Part shown: positions 11,433-23,639 of the stretch, in pieces
Layout of the letters: each line of letters begins with the position of its first letter
How positions within the stretch are numbered: the first letter of the stretch is position 1
Assembly (NCBI GenBank): GCA_030704615.1
Contig: JAKLZA010000079.1
Location: 1-40,000, forward strand
DNA: 40,000 nucleotides
Source: Takakia lepidozioides
Lineage: Eukaryota; Plantae; Bryophyta
Reading direction: 5' to 3'
The notes under the pieces: generated by a model
What the model saw: only the letters and a program-made list of their open reading frames with translations
Database searches by the model: none
What the model was told of the DNA's origin: nothing
Made by a program: the position numbers and the translations under genes

Positions 11433-14400
11433 TTAATCTTGAAAATCATCGGAATCCTCATCCTGTTCTAGACTGTCCTGCTCCTCCTCCACCCCTCAGT
11501 GCCTCTCTCATCCAGCGGACTGCTCGTTGGCCAGGCTTTCAAAAATCCCATCTTCCCCTTGCGGAACTGTCCATCTCACCTCCGTTGGGTCGTCTCCTCC
11601 CTGTCTGCGTCGCTCTCATCCGCTGAATCACATATGTACTTTCGTACCCGTCTACCTGTCTGAGCTGCTGCCAACTCTTTCCTTATCCTTCTGTCCTCCC
11701 TAGCCCTCTCCAAAATCTGCTCTACTTTACTGGGATTCTCACTTCTTCTAATCGCTGTATTTGCGAGTTTAGCTGCATAACTAGGAAGGGAGTAGTCCCT
11801 CACCGGGCTCGTCATGAAGTCGGCCCTCGCAAAGAACGGGACATTCTTCCTGGCAGGAAGTGTAGGCCCTACATGTTTCGACCCGGACCCTGCAATCCTG
11901 CACATGACAATCATCAACGAGACTAATGAGAACCACAGTCGGGAAATTCCTTTGACATAAATGACCCAGAAGGCTTTGCAAACTTACAATGTTTGCACTC
12001 ACTCGTATTCCGGGTTCTCCTCTGCATCAATGTCCACTGTGTCTTCCTCGGACTCCGACGAATCCGAGGAGACTTCCGCTCTGTCGGGAGCCTTCACATT
12101 CCGTTGCAGCCCCTCCAGATGGGATCCCCACACGGATGAATCCTCCTCGTAGGCAAAGAGGTGCCGGTCGGAAAACCGCCCAGCCCACATTGAGGCACCT
12201 GTTACAATGCCATCCACACATTACCACATGGCGCTTCAGATGTTGCGAACTACATCCTAACGAGAATTTGCAGAACAGCAGAGATCAAGATTCTGCATAC
12301 CTGTCCCACAGATGAGGTCCAGCACTGTGCCCTCCACGTCTGTGCATGTCTCCATAATTGTCTGAATGAAGGCAGGGCTCCGAGTCCGTGAGTACCGCAG
12401 GGGTTCCGTTGAAGTGAGGCTATGAGGGAGAAGTTCCTTGGGAACGTTGTTGAACAGAACGTCGTAATCGAGTGGGTCGCAGTTCGGGTCAACCTTTCCT
12501 CCCTCCTTCCGGAAAGCAAAGGTGGAGTTTTCCTTCACAAAGCAGTATGCATCGAACTGCTTCGTCTGCATACACAGGGGGAAAACGATTAGAAACCGAA
12601 TGCGGCACCGCATTTGAAAGCACCCAAGCAAATGAATGGACGAGTGCCAGTGTCGTAATCACCTTCTTCCCTTCCGACCGAAGGCCCAGTGTGTTGATGC
12701 ACGTCCACTTCTTTTTCAGAATCGGGACGGCGCTCTTGCGGGTCCACTTCGCAATTCCTGTCTGAGTGTTTTTTCCTCTGCTCGCCAGGACAACCACACA
12801 GCCTCTGTCGTCCAACACCATGCGGGCAAGCCCGAATCCTTTCTTCCAAAAGTCCTCCGAGTACCTGTTCCAAGATGGCAAAGCTTGCAGTCCTTCCACA
12901 GGCTCTCCGTCCGGAATATCCAAGATGATCATATCGCAAGACCACTCGGTGGCATTTCCGCCCCTCCTACAATCCTTGTCTGCACACACACCCTCTCAAA
13001 GAACGAGACCATATTCTGAAATCCTGGGGTGTCGGAAGGCTCTTCGGCAGTCGCCTTCTTCAGTGCTCTGCCCTTCAGACCCTCCATGGTCTTCATGTAT
13101 GCCAACTTGGCTGCCCGTCCATCCAAAGCCGCCAAGAAACTCTCATTTACACACTGGACTACAGTTTCGGGAGCCACTTTCGGCCTCTTCATTTCCACCG
13201 GCTCGAAAGGGTGCCCCCTGGGGGGTTGAAGAGTGCCTTCTTTGCCGAGCCAGTTCTCGTGCCTCTCGTGACAACGGTGGGCACAGGGGAGGCAGCCTGC
13301 GTTTGGGGGGGTGGGCTGGTTGCAAAGTCTCCATCGGAGTCCTCTTCCTCACCCTCTTCCTGAACAGGCTGTTTCTGCTTCTTCGTTTTGGCGGTGTCAC
13401 AACAGCTGCTCCTTGCTGGCGAGTCCTCTTCTTCGACCCCTTCTGTTGGGCCTGCACAGCTGCATCCACCGTCTTTTGTGCCATCTCAGCTGCCTTTCTG
13501 GATTCTTCCAGAGCAGCAGATTCCTTTGCCGACTTTGGCCCAGCAGGGACACGTCTTTCCTTTCTCTTCTCTTCTGCCAAGGCGTGCAGATCTTTCTCAG
13601 ACTCGTCAACAATACCGCCAGACATGTCCAGGTACCACGGGCATCCAACGAGATGCGCGGGATGCCATTGTTTCTGCATCTCGGGTGTGTAGACACAGCT
13701 TGGGCCCGCCACGGTCCAAGCCATGAAGAACGGGGGCTCTTGAGCCAGGGCCCCTGTCTGAAGGAGCACGTATTTCATATACCTGCAAGGCAGTCAGCAT
13801 GCGTGAGCAAAACTTGAGACCAACCTACTGGCAGAGTGCCACCGAAAACATAAAATGCGAATGCGGTGCCGCATTTCCGAGACAAACCTCGTAACCAGGC
13901 TTCGCATACAAGGGCAGCTGTGCTTCACCTGTAAACAATTCGCATTGCAGCTTTCCCCGCTCCCTCCTGATGTGTAAACTCCACGCTCCTTCTTGCTGTC
14001 TGTAGCTCTCTGGCGAAAAGGTTGTCCTTGTACGCACATCTGAAACGTGTCACGTAGTCTTCCAATGTCTGTGTTCCATCCCATTTGACGTACAAGCCGA
14101 ACGAATTTGTGTGCATTACGACTTGCTCCTTTGCATTCGACATTACCTGCCATTCCCAAATGCATTGTCACGTAGCAGTTCAGGGAATTCATGTCAGAAA
14201 AGCAAATCTGGGGAAGTACCTTGAATTACCTGGAACCACCAAGTCATACGGTTGAGCCACACATCCACTGCAGGGTCGGAAACTTCCAGTGGAAAAGACC
14301 ACATTGTCCTTATGCTCTCGGATGCATTCCAGATCGACAGCCACCGTGTCTGCCATTTCCGATCCAATGTCAGTGGCTGGAAGAGAGTGGCTATTGCTAG

Positions 14401-16635
14401 GAAGGAAATTCAGTGCATTGAAACCTCACCTTCTCTTTCGCCTCCACACATGCCGTTGAGAGGTGATGCAGTTTCTCCAATTGCATGGTCGGCTGCATGG
14501 CCCGAGAATAGTGTTTTGCAATCTCGGGGATGAAGTCCTTTCCAAGTGCCGGATCTGCAATTGCCACCAGCTTCACAAGCTTTGACTTGTATTTGGTTCT
14601 GGACTTGACCGGCTTCCTTCAAGTGCTCAGTCAATGACTGCAACGTTTTGACCTGCCCCTCACTTTCCATGAAGAAGCGTTTGGCATGGGCCAAATCCAG
14701 CTTGATGTTTGACTGCCAACAAAAACATGCAGAAGCGTTACATTCGATTCATGTGGAAACATTACTGGAAATTGGGGAAGGATGAGCAGAGGGAAATTGG
14801 AGCACGACTTACTTCGTATATCACCTCCACCATTCCATCCATAGTGAGACGATACCATGTCCGGTCTGTTTTTGCAACGGCTTTCTGAATGAGCTCCGGC
14901 TCCAGCATTTCCGCAAACATCTGCGGATCAGTAAGACCAGTTTTCCTCACCCTGTACAGCATATGTGCCATGTGGGTATGCACGTACGCATTCTCAGTGA
15001 CCCTGCAAGGCACACTCTCCAGTTCAGTACACGGAAGCACGGAATCAAACCAGAATGGAAACCGAAATGCGGCACCGCATTTCGAATGTGCTAGGGAGGG
15101 TATGAGTATCTTACGAGTTGAGGTCCGCCATGGCATTCTTGAGGAGGGAGGAGTCTGCCGCCTTCACCTTGAGGATGACACACTCCACCATGTAATGCCA
15201 GCCAATGTGCTTGGCATGGTTCTGCTTGATGTACTCCCACCAGGCGAGAAGTCGGTGATTCCCGTCCCACACAAAGAACATTTTTCCCGACATATGGCCG
15301 AAGTCGGGATCACCCTTCAGCGTCGCCTCGAATTCGTGGTTGCGAGTGTGCCAGTGGGTATCCCACGTTGACAATTCATCGGCAGTGGGTCCACGGGTTT
15401 CGCCGTCCTCATTCTCTATGGAAACGTAAAACGCTGCCGATCCCAGACGGTACCCTTCTCGAAATGCGAACTTGAGCTTATCCACATCTCCGGGAAGGGC
15501 CTGCCTGACGATGGGAAGGGAGACCATGCGACAGAGTGGGATTCGAAGAGTCCGCTGGAATACCCTGCTGCCCAGAACTCTGCCAATGCTACTGTGTGTC
15601 TCCTCCAACATTTTATCCGCTGCACTTTTGAAATCCTCCGGAGACATGTCTGTAGGTGCGGTAGTGGCTGAGCAGGTGGAGCATCCTCAACTGGAGCTGC
15701 ACTCTGGGGCCTGTGTGCGGGCAATTCTGCCATTGCAGAGGCCTCCTCCGGGCCTGCTAGCTCATCGGTGGTGAGGTCTGCCTGCGAACGTTCAGCGGCA
15801 GCACCCTCCTCCGGTACCAAATCGAGATCAACGGTCGATCCCATTGCCTTCGCTGCAGCAGAGTCGGCCCCAACATCTGCAGGCGGGAAATCCTCCAGGA
15901 ACTGAGCTTCAGCTCGTGGAAGCGGTTTTGCGGGAGATTGTTCGCCCGTCGCCCTGATTGCCTTCTGCTTCCTCATCCTTGCAGGTGAAGGTGTCTGCTG
16001 CAATAGAATCTGTCTTCTACCCTGCTGCTTCATTCGCGTTGGGGGGGTGAATCGGCCTGAGCCGGTTCAGAAGCCAGTAGAGGGACGGGCTGCTTCTTCT
16101 TCGACTTTGCTGGAGAAGGGCCCGACCCCTGCTGGCGATTCTCCATGATCGAAGAACGCGAGTCGATCTCTGAGACTTGAACTTGCCCTTCGAAGACGCG
16201 TCTTTGAATCGCAGAGGGCTAGGCCCGGCAGGAGTACCCGCGCTCGGGGATCGGGTGGGTGTACGTGCTGCAGCTAGCTCCTCGGACTCTTCCTGCGGCT
16301 CTTCGGATTCCTGCGATCCCTCCAGCACGTCCACCTTTCCTGTTAGGCATGCAAACATGTTCTGCATTCAAGTCTCCTAGCATTCAGTCTAAGAATTACA
16401 GAAGCAAAATGGGGGGTTCGGTGCTCGATCAGCTGCGCGCAGCCCGATCGCATGGAGCTCTCACTGGTGGCTGGGTTGCCTGAGTGGCCTGCTGCTCGGA
16501 GATGGCAATCTCCTCCTGTAGACGCATCTGCTTCCTCCCCTTCGGCATTGGCCTACGTCCGAAGTATAATTTCCGGAGCTTGCGACGAGGTCTCCTGTCT
16601 GGTGCACGAACTCCCCCCCTCTCAGGTTCGAGCAT
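11433..16635 (-). pseudogene. ParB-like plus amino-MTase-fold protein, element B copy (frameshifted)
   Basis: Reverse complement of 2344-7546. ORF 15111-15647 holds the intact ParB-like domain and ORF 12257-12631 holds MTase motifs X-I. Confidence 0.8.
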
Positions 16636-16979
16636 AAGAAGAACAGAGAGAGGGAAAAGGGGCAAAGAGTGCAGATGGAAAGGGCGCGAGAGGGGTGACT
16701 GAGGAGACACGACAAAAGTAGATGAAACGGCGGTGATGCACCACTTGGGTTCGAAAGGTTGGACGAAAGTGTCTCCTCGTGGAGTTTGCGTCATTACGAA
16801 ATTCGAATCGTTGAGGGTACGCCCGCCGTCCGAAAATCAAACATCATTATCCAACGGTCAGGCCGCGCCGCCTCATGCCCCTTCAGTCAGATAGAGTGCC
16901 GACATGTGCAGCAATTCCGTTGCTCACGTGTTCACATTTCAAGGCATTTCCGTCCCAGCGTCTGATGAGTTGGAGCGAG

Positions 16980-18756
16980 AATGCGAATGCGGCGCCGCAT
17001 TTCGTTAAGTACATCAGCTACACATCCGTACTTGTTGGAAGAAAATGCGGCACCGCATTTCCGTTCCACCTTCACATACCTTAGTTGTTGAACGGAAATA
17101 CGGTGCCGCATTTCCGTCCCACAGCTCCATGTATGAGATTCAGAAGGGAAATGCGGCGCCGCATTTCCGTTCCCACTTCACATACGTTAGTTGATGAATG
17201 GAAATGCCGTGCCACATTTCCGTTCGGGAAAGTATAGAGGTCTCACCTGGACAGAAATGCGTGTCGCATTTCCGGTCTGGAAAGGTTGAAGGTCTCACAT
17301 GGATGAAATGCGGCAACACATTTCCGTAGCACAGCTCCAGGCCGAATATACAAAACGGAAATGCGGCGCCGCATTTCCGTTCGAGAATGTCGGAAGGTGC
17401 GACGGAAATGCGGTGCCGCATTTCTGTACCCGTTGCGCACGATTTTCAGTCAGAATGGAAATGCGGTACCGCATTTCCGTTCTGTAGAGTATTAACGTCT
17501 GACGCTGGCGGAAATGCCTTCCCGCATTTTCGTTCCACAGCTCCATGCCTCACATACAAAACGGAAATGCGGTGCCGCATTTCCGTTTTGGAATGTCGGA
17601 TGGTGGGACTCCGACGGAAATGCGGTACCGCATTTCAATTCCGATGTTTCAGGATATTTCATCAGAACGGAAATGCGGTGCCGCATTTCCTTTTTAAATC
17701 TAATACATTCCGTTCTGGAATGTTGGGAGGTGCGACTCGGATGGAAATGCGCTGCCGCATTTCAGTTCCGATGGTTCACGATTTTCAGTCAGAACGGAAA
17801 TGCGGTGCCGCATTTCCGTTCTGGCTGATGGTAGGTGCGACTCGGATGGAAATACGGTGCCGCATTCAGTTCCGATGGTTCACGATTTTCAGTCAGAACG
17901 GAAATGCGGTGCCGCATTTCCGTTCTGGCGACTCAATTTGCGCATTTCAGTTCGATGGTTCACGATCAGTCAGAACGGAACGCATTTCCGTTCTGGATGA
18001 TGGTAGGTGCGACTCGGATGGAAATACGGTGCCGCATTTCAGTTCAGATAGTTCACGATTTTCAGTCAGAACGGAAATGCGGTGCCGCATTTCCGTTCTG
18101 GATAGTGTGAATGTCTCAACCGGTCGGAATTGCGCTGTATGAAGCTGTCGGAATCTTACTCGGCTCCAGGCATCAGATACAAAAATGGAAATGCGGCGCC
18201 GCATTTCCGAATTGCGACTTAATGTGAATGTCGAAAAGTGCGACTTTGACGGAAATGCGGTGCCGCATTTCTTCTGTTCCCGTTGTTCATAATTCTCAAT
18301 CAGAACGGAAATGCGGTACCGCATTTCCGTTCCACCTTCACATACCGTGCTTGTTGAATGAAAATGCGGTACCGCATTTCCGTTCTCGAGAGTATGAATG
18401 TCTTTTAAGGACGGAAATGTGCTGCAGCATTTCTATCCCTCAGCTCCATGCATCAGATACAAAATGGAAATGCGGCGCCGCATTCCCGTTCTGGAATGTC
18501 GAAAAGTGCGACTCGGACGGAAATGCGGTGCCGCATTTCTGTTCCCGTTGTTCATAAATCTCAATCAGAACGGAAATGCGGTACCGCATTTCCGTTCCAC
18601 CTTCACATACCGTGCTTGCTGGATGGAAATGCGTTACCGCATTTCCGTTCTGGAGAGTATAAAGGTTTCCCCCGGACGGAAACTCGGTGCCGCATTTCCG
18701 TCGCTCTGTTGCATGACCAAGATGCAATACGGAAATGCGGCGCCGTATTTCCGTCC
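16980..18756. repeat. Array of ~30 of the same palindrome (element B intergenic)
   Basis: For example starts at 18307, 18360, 18413, 18466, 18519, 18572, 18625, 18678, 18731 (53-bp steps). Confidence 0.92.
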
Positions 18757-19181
18757 ACCAGCAATCGACAGAATCACTCGTGACGGGAAATCTGGAACCT
18801 CAATGGGTTGCATTGTTCCGAAACAACACAATTGCGGCCAGTCTTGATGAGCACAACTTGGTTGTCTGACCGTTTTAACCAGCAGTCCTGGCACTTGTCA
18901 GTGCGAACGTTCCTGTCTGCACCGAGAATACTGCTGGATCCACCCTCAGGAGAAACTGTCAGGAGATGTTATTTCGTCGCCGAATCGGCCATCATTGTCC
19001 TACTCACTGGCTATGGAATCAAACCTCCCACCTTCATGCATGTAGCTTGAAACAATACTTTCCACTTCAATGTGCGACTTCCAATTGTCGATGGACTCCG
19101 CAGATCCACTTAGATGGTGCCTGTGAGCCTTGGTCTGTCGCTATACTGAACCTCGCACTTGCCAACTCCGTGCGGTGTTCG

Positions 19182-22100
19182 ATGGCTCCGAATTCCTACG
19201 CTATAGTTTGCTGTCCTCCGCAACTTGGGAGAGCCTGGATCCCAAACGAGGGAGGACTTTGCAGAGTGACTGAAACTTACCTTTGTTCCAAATTCAAGCT
19301 CAAACCGGGCACAGTTTATTTGGAAGAAGAAAGGAAGGATGTTCCTGGACAGGTTGACGAGACCATTGTCGTGCTAGGTAACGACGGAGGTTGCGGAATC
19401 GAATGGCACGTTCCCCCGTCAGACACCATCCTGTACCGAGCTGTGGGAATGCCCATTCCCTTTCCGAATCAGTCGCTGCCCACACCATCCACAAAGGAGT
19501 CCGGAAACCGAGAGGCGGCCACTGCCAACAGAGAGGTATGCAACGATAATCATTCCCGACCTGGACCGTCAAGACCCTCCATAGCTTCTCGTGTGGACGT
19601 ATTCGACATTTCCGACGAGGAAGATGATTGCATTGAGGTACCCATGTCCTCCACACGGTCGTTCAAATCCGGCATGGACGTCTCTGTAGGTGCTACGCAT
19701 GTGCCCTCGAGCATAACTCCAACCCGGTCCATTGTGCAGCTCCTACGACAACATCACCTCGATGGTTCTCGCTCCGAGCTGGCTGCTCTCGACTATGCCA
19801 AATTCCCAGTCAGAAAGGTAACTTTTCTGCCTCCCGAAGTCGATGGCAATGTCATCTTCGAGTTTCCACCTGTTTCTTCGTCAAAGAAAGCCTCGGGATG
19901 TTAACAGACATGGATCGAAAGCATGACGGACACCCCTGGTGTGTGACGAAGACCAGTAGCACGAAAATTGCTGATGGTGTTCGTGTACGATATGTCCTCT
20001 GTGCGGGGAAGCTGAGGTGCCTCAATCCCACCTGCTTCCACTTTCTCTCCAAAGGAGGGCGGAGAAACGAGACGGATTGGACTGGCACAACGCATCATCC
20101 ATTCATTGTCTCCAGCCAAGCTCCTGCGGGTTCTTTCAAGTGTGCACATTGCAAAGAACCACCGACGTGCATGTCCATGTGCAGAGCCAAGCAATATTAC
20201 GTAATCCATTTGCTCCCGGACTTGACTAGAGCTTGCATACACGTTGGGGTCCACTGCCACCCCTTGGCGAGAGGCAACATGCGTGAGGCTGTGCAGGAAG
20301 CACACGACATCATAAAAGAGGAGGTGAAATTGAGCCCCGGAGCCAGACCAAAGCAGATTCAGCTGAAGGCAGCCCACAAGATTGCTCTTGGCAAAATCAT
20401 GTCTGAAGATGGTTCCGACCGAGAGCCCTTGACCGAAGACGAGATGCGTGACCTCTTGGAGTCCGTCTCGCACGTTTGTAGTCCGAATGTGCGGAATCAC
20501 ATCGTATCTTGCAAGCAGGAGTTCGGCAGGGGGTCGGACATGTACTCAATCCTGGAGGTGAAACGAATGACTGGATATGACTACATCCAAGGTAGCAGGT
20601 TTCCAGGGCAAGGCAGCGAATCCGATCGTTGTTACATTTTCAAAATGTCGACGTGTGGGCCTGGGAGTGGAGTCGACTTGGTCACTCGCATGACAACTGG
20701 AAACTTGTCGAATGCTTGGGTGATGTTTGATCACATCAAGCGAATTACAAACCATCAGTGGGTGACTATGGGTGCGCATGTTTATGACTATCACTCCAAG
20801 AGGCTCATGACGATTGCAATCTGCGAGATGAAAGGGGAGGACACACAGTCCGAGATGCATCTGTGGGAGGGCATAAACCAGCAGATGGCAAGGGCGGGAT
20901 TGCCAGAGCCCAATTTCAGGGGATTCATGGCAGACAACGCTCAGGCCAACTGGGCAGCGGTGCGGCGTGTGTACGGTGAGGACCCCAATGTTCCAATGGA
21001 GGGGAAAGAGAGATCCTGTGGATTCCATTGGATGCAGAGTCTATCCCACTACACTACCAAATTTGTTGCTAGCTCATTCCAGGCTGAACACCGTGTCCTT
21101 TGTACGGCGTGGAAGGATGCACCCACATTTGATGACGCGGAGGTTAAGTTTGCTATCATCGAGGCTTGGTGGAACACGTCAGGTGCAGTGGAGACAACCA
21201 ATCTGGGAGCATTGCACAGCTGGTTGGGGTGGTGGCATTTTCGGTATCGACAGTTCGGACAGTACATGCGGGAGGTAGGCTGCTGTCATTTTCGTTCATT
21301 TGTCTTTCTGTTACGGACATTTCGATTGGTCCCTCACCGTTGTTTGTGTCCTTCTAGGAGCGGTGCTTGGATTCCGACACGGACATGCCGAACACGAATA
21401 TGGCAGAATCGGTCCACTCCTCCTGGCGAGCGTCTTCTGCCGCACATCTGGTGGACGTAGTGACGGCCACAACGGAGGACATCGACAGAGCAATCATGCA
21501 GCAAGCCACGTACTACAAGTTCCTGAGCGGCAAACAATGGGGCTTTGGGCCGGACAGGGAGGAATTGTTGGTACGAACAGCTTCGAGGTCCAAGAATCCA
21601 GTGAAATGGGCGACAGCATTGCGAGAGAAGATCAAAGGGACGCCTCTGCACCGCAGAGGTGAACACCTAGAGGGGGACGTCCGGACTCGCCCTGTCAGGC
21701 GGAGGATTGAAGAGGAACCCGGGTGCGAAGAGGATTCCTGGAGATCCGACAGGAACATTCGGACAGCACCTCGAGGTCCCGTCATGTTGCCGCACAATGT
21801 GTCTTCCAGCAGTGGAAGCCCAAGAAATTCCAGATCGCCGTCGCCTTCAACCGGGGATTTCGTGCAACAAATTCCCACCGCTCCCTTGCCCCACATTCCG
21901 CCCGCTGTTATGCAGTATGGCCAAGCCATTGTGGAGACGACTGTGTCTGCCTCACAGTGGAGAATTGCTCGCACAAAGCCGTCGTTTCGAGGAAGGTGTT
22001 CCGCAATTCGTGTGGATACACGGCAACGTTGTTTAGAGATGATAAGGAGGAATCCAGATGGGGCTGTCCCTGCTCCTACTTTTACAGGAAGATTTGTCCA

Positions 22101-22788
22101 TGCAAAGTTTGCGGAGGCGACAACCACCCAGTTCTGGTTCTGCAGGCACGACATTATGACTTGCGTGTATGGAAAGCCCAAGTACGGCATACAGACAATG
22201 CCAGAGGCTCCCCCGGTGTGGCCGGTGGAACCAGGCTGCGATCTGAGTCAGGTTGAGGCCGACGCCCTTACCGCCGCAGGATTTCGGATGGTGCAGCGCA
22301 CTGACGTGCCCAGACAACCATTTCCGCTTCCACAGCCTCCACCACCGACCCCTGTGAGAGCAAGAACAATGGGACACGACAGCTCTAAGCATCCTACACA
22401 CCGTTGGGGGAAACCGAAGAGGCGGCGACCTCCCTCAAAAGTGAACGAGACAAGGATGGGGAATGCACTTCGGATGAACTGTACAATCCAGAGCTCGACA
22501 GAAGTGCCCCCACCAGGATTCGGGCGTGTGTATCAGATGGCCACGGCGGGCTCAGCTGTTCGCAATGAGGTGTACACCATCACCATTTCAGAATTACCCA
22601 CCTGCAATTGCACCGACTTCCAGATCATGGCGAACAAGGGGGCATCATACTGCCCTTGCAAGCATTTGTACTACGTGTACCTAAAGAGACTCCGTTGTAA
22701 TTCCACAACTCATCACTTCATACATGCACCAGGGTTGAGCCCCCAGGAGGTTCACACTCTTCTGAATATGGATCCAGGGGACCAGTGA
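19182..22788 (+). CDS. MULE transposase of element B (GCM-like Zn domain, DDE core, C-terminal SWIM); 2 exons, one apparent 1-bp frameshift near 19895
   Basis: Start MAPNSYA aligns with MAENPSA of C. GCM-like DGHPW..CAGKLRCLNPTC..CAHC..C..C..HVGVHCHP. MULE core WVMFD, FMADNAQA, CGFHW, TNMAES. SWIM CNCTDF..CPCKHLYYV. Intron 21275-21357 (GT..AG) at the same position as in C. Copy A reads through the frameshift site in frame. About 1,170 aa. Confidence 0.88.
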
Positions 22789-23537
22789 GCTTGGCTTGCG
22801 GTCCACATACAATGGTACGCCCATCCTTTTCGGATAGTAGAACTGTACTGCTGCCAGTACCTCAGACTCTGGCCACACAAAGGTCCGACATATGTCTTGC
22901 CTACCAGTAACCTGTTTTGATCGAACTAAGATATTACTATATCGTTCACTTGTTTCCACGTGCATGTATTTTTGTATGTTGGAGGGTTCATGTTTTTCTG
23001 CTTTCCGAAAACTTGCTCTCCTCATTCGACCTCCGACAAGGAAATGCGGCGCCGAATTTCCAAGTATCGTCGTAGGTACCCCCAGAGGCGGCCTTCGCCA
23101 ACACCAAACCGCTCCGAAATTTCGCACGTGCGAACCCTAATGCGGCACCCTATTTCCCAGTTCAGTTGCAAACCTTTCCCGCCGAATACCCGAAGAAGAC
23201 AGAATTGTGAAGTACTGCAGACTGTATTGGTGCAGACTCCATTGGTTCAATCGCGGCAAAAGGGTCAGCTTCATTCCAATGTTAAGGCATGTAAAACCGC
23301 GGAATACTCTATACAGGCCAGTATGCGACGTCCTTTTGCAGTGGTATACTGGATTTCCCGTTGCACGGTCACTTATTTCCATGAGCGGATCTATAAAACC
23401 ATGAGCGGACTTGTTACTGACGACATATCTTCGCCGCATTACATGATCTGGAACGTCCAAAAATGGCAAGGTCAAATAAAAAACTATTATTTTAATACTT
23501 GTTTAATCTGCCGCATTTCCAAATTTGGAGGAGTCCG

Positions 23538-23639
23538 CTCATGAAATCCGCGTATCTTAGACTTCGGCTCACCGCTCATGCGGCTCATGCGGCTCATGGC
23601 TCATGGCTCATGGTTTCTGCTCATGAAATAGTAAACCTC
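23538..23639 (-). repeat. Right TIR and subterminal CTCATG repeats, element B
   Basis: Tandem GGCTCATG units followed by CTCATGAAATAGTAAACCTC. Confidence 0.85.

Larger units (their letters stand above)
8855..23639 (+). mobile_element. MULE/Mutator-like DNA transposon, element B (complete, ~14.8 kb)
   Basis: Left end GGGGGCTGCTATTTCATGAG at 8855; right end CTCATGAAATAGTAAACCTC ending 23639. Identical 8-bp flanks CACTGGAA (8847-8854 and 23640-23647). Encodes a DDE/SWIM transposase. Confidence 0.93.

Noticed and set aside
11433-16635. Bacterial/phage contamination or restriction-modification operon
   Set aside because: The gene has conserved spliceosomal introns and lies within TIR/TSD-bounded eukaryotic transposons; no nuclease partner is seen.
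17140-18894. ORFs with repeated EMRRRIS / KCGAAFP / GNAAPHF peptides (also 887-2074, 7633-8416, 10358-11471, 33246-35219, 39008-39592)
   Set aside because: They are translations of the palindrome in all six frames, not proteins.
1-19941. Assembly fold-back artefact
   Set aside because: Arms differ by substitutions and private deletions, and a TSD with a cleanly split ORF explains the geometry. Read confirmation is still advisable.
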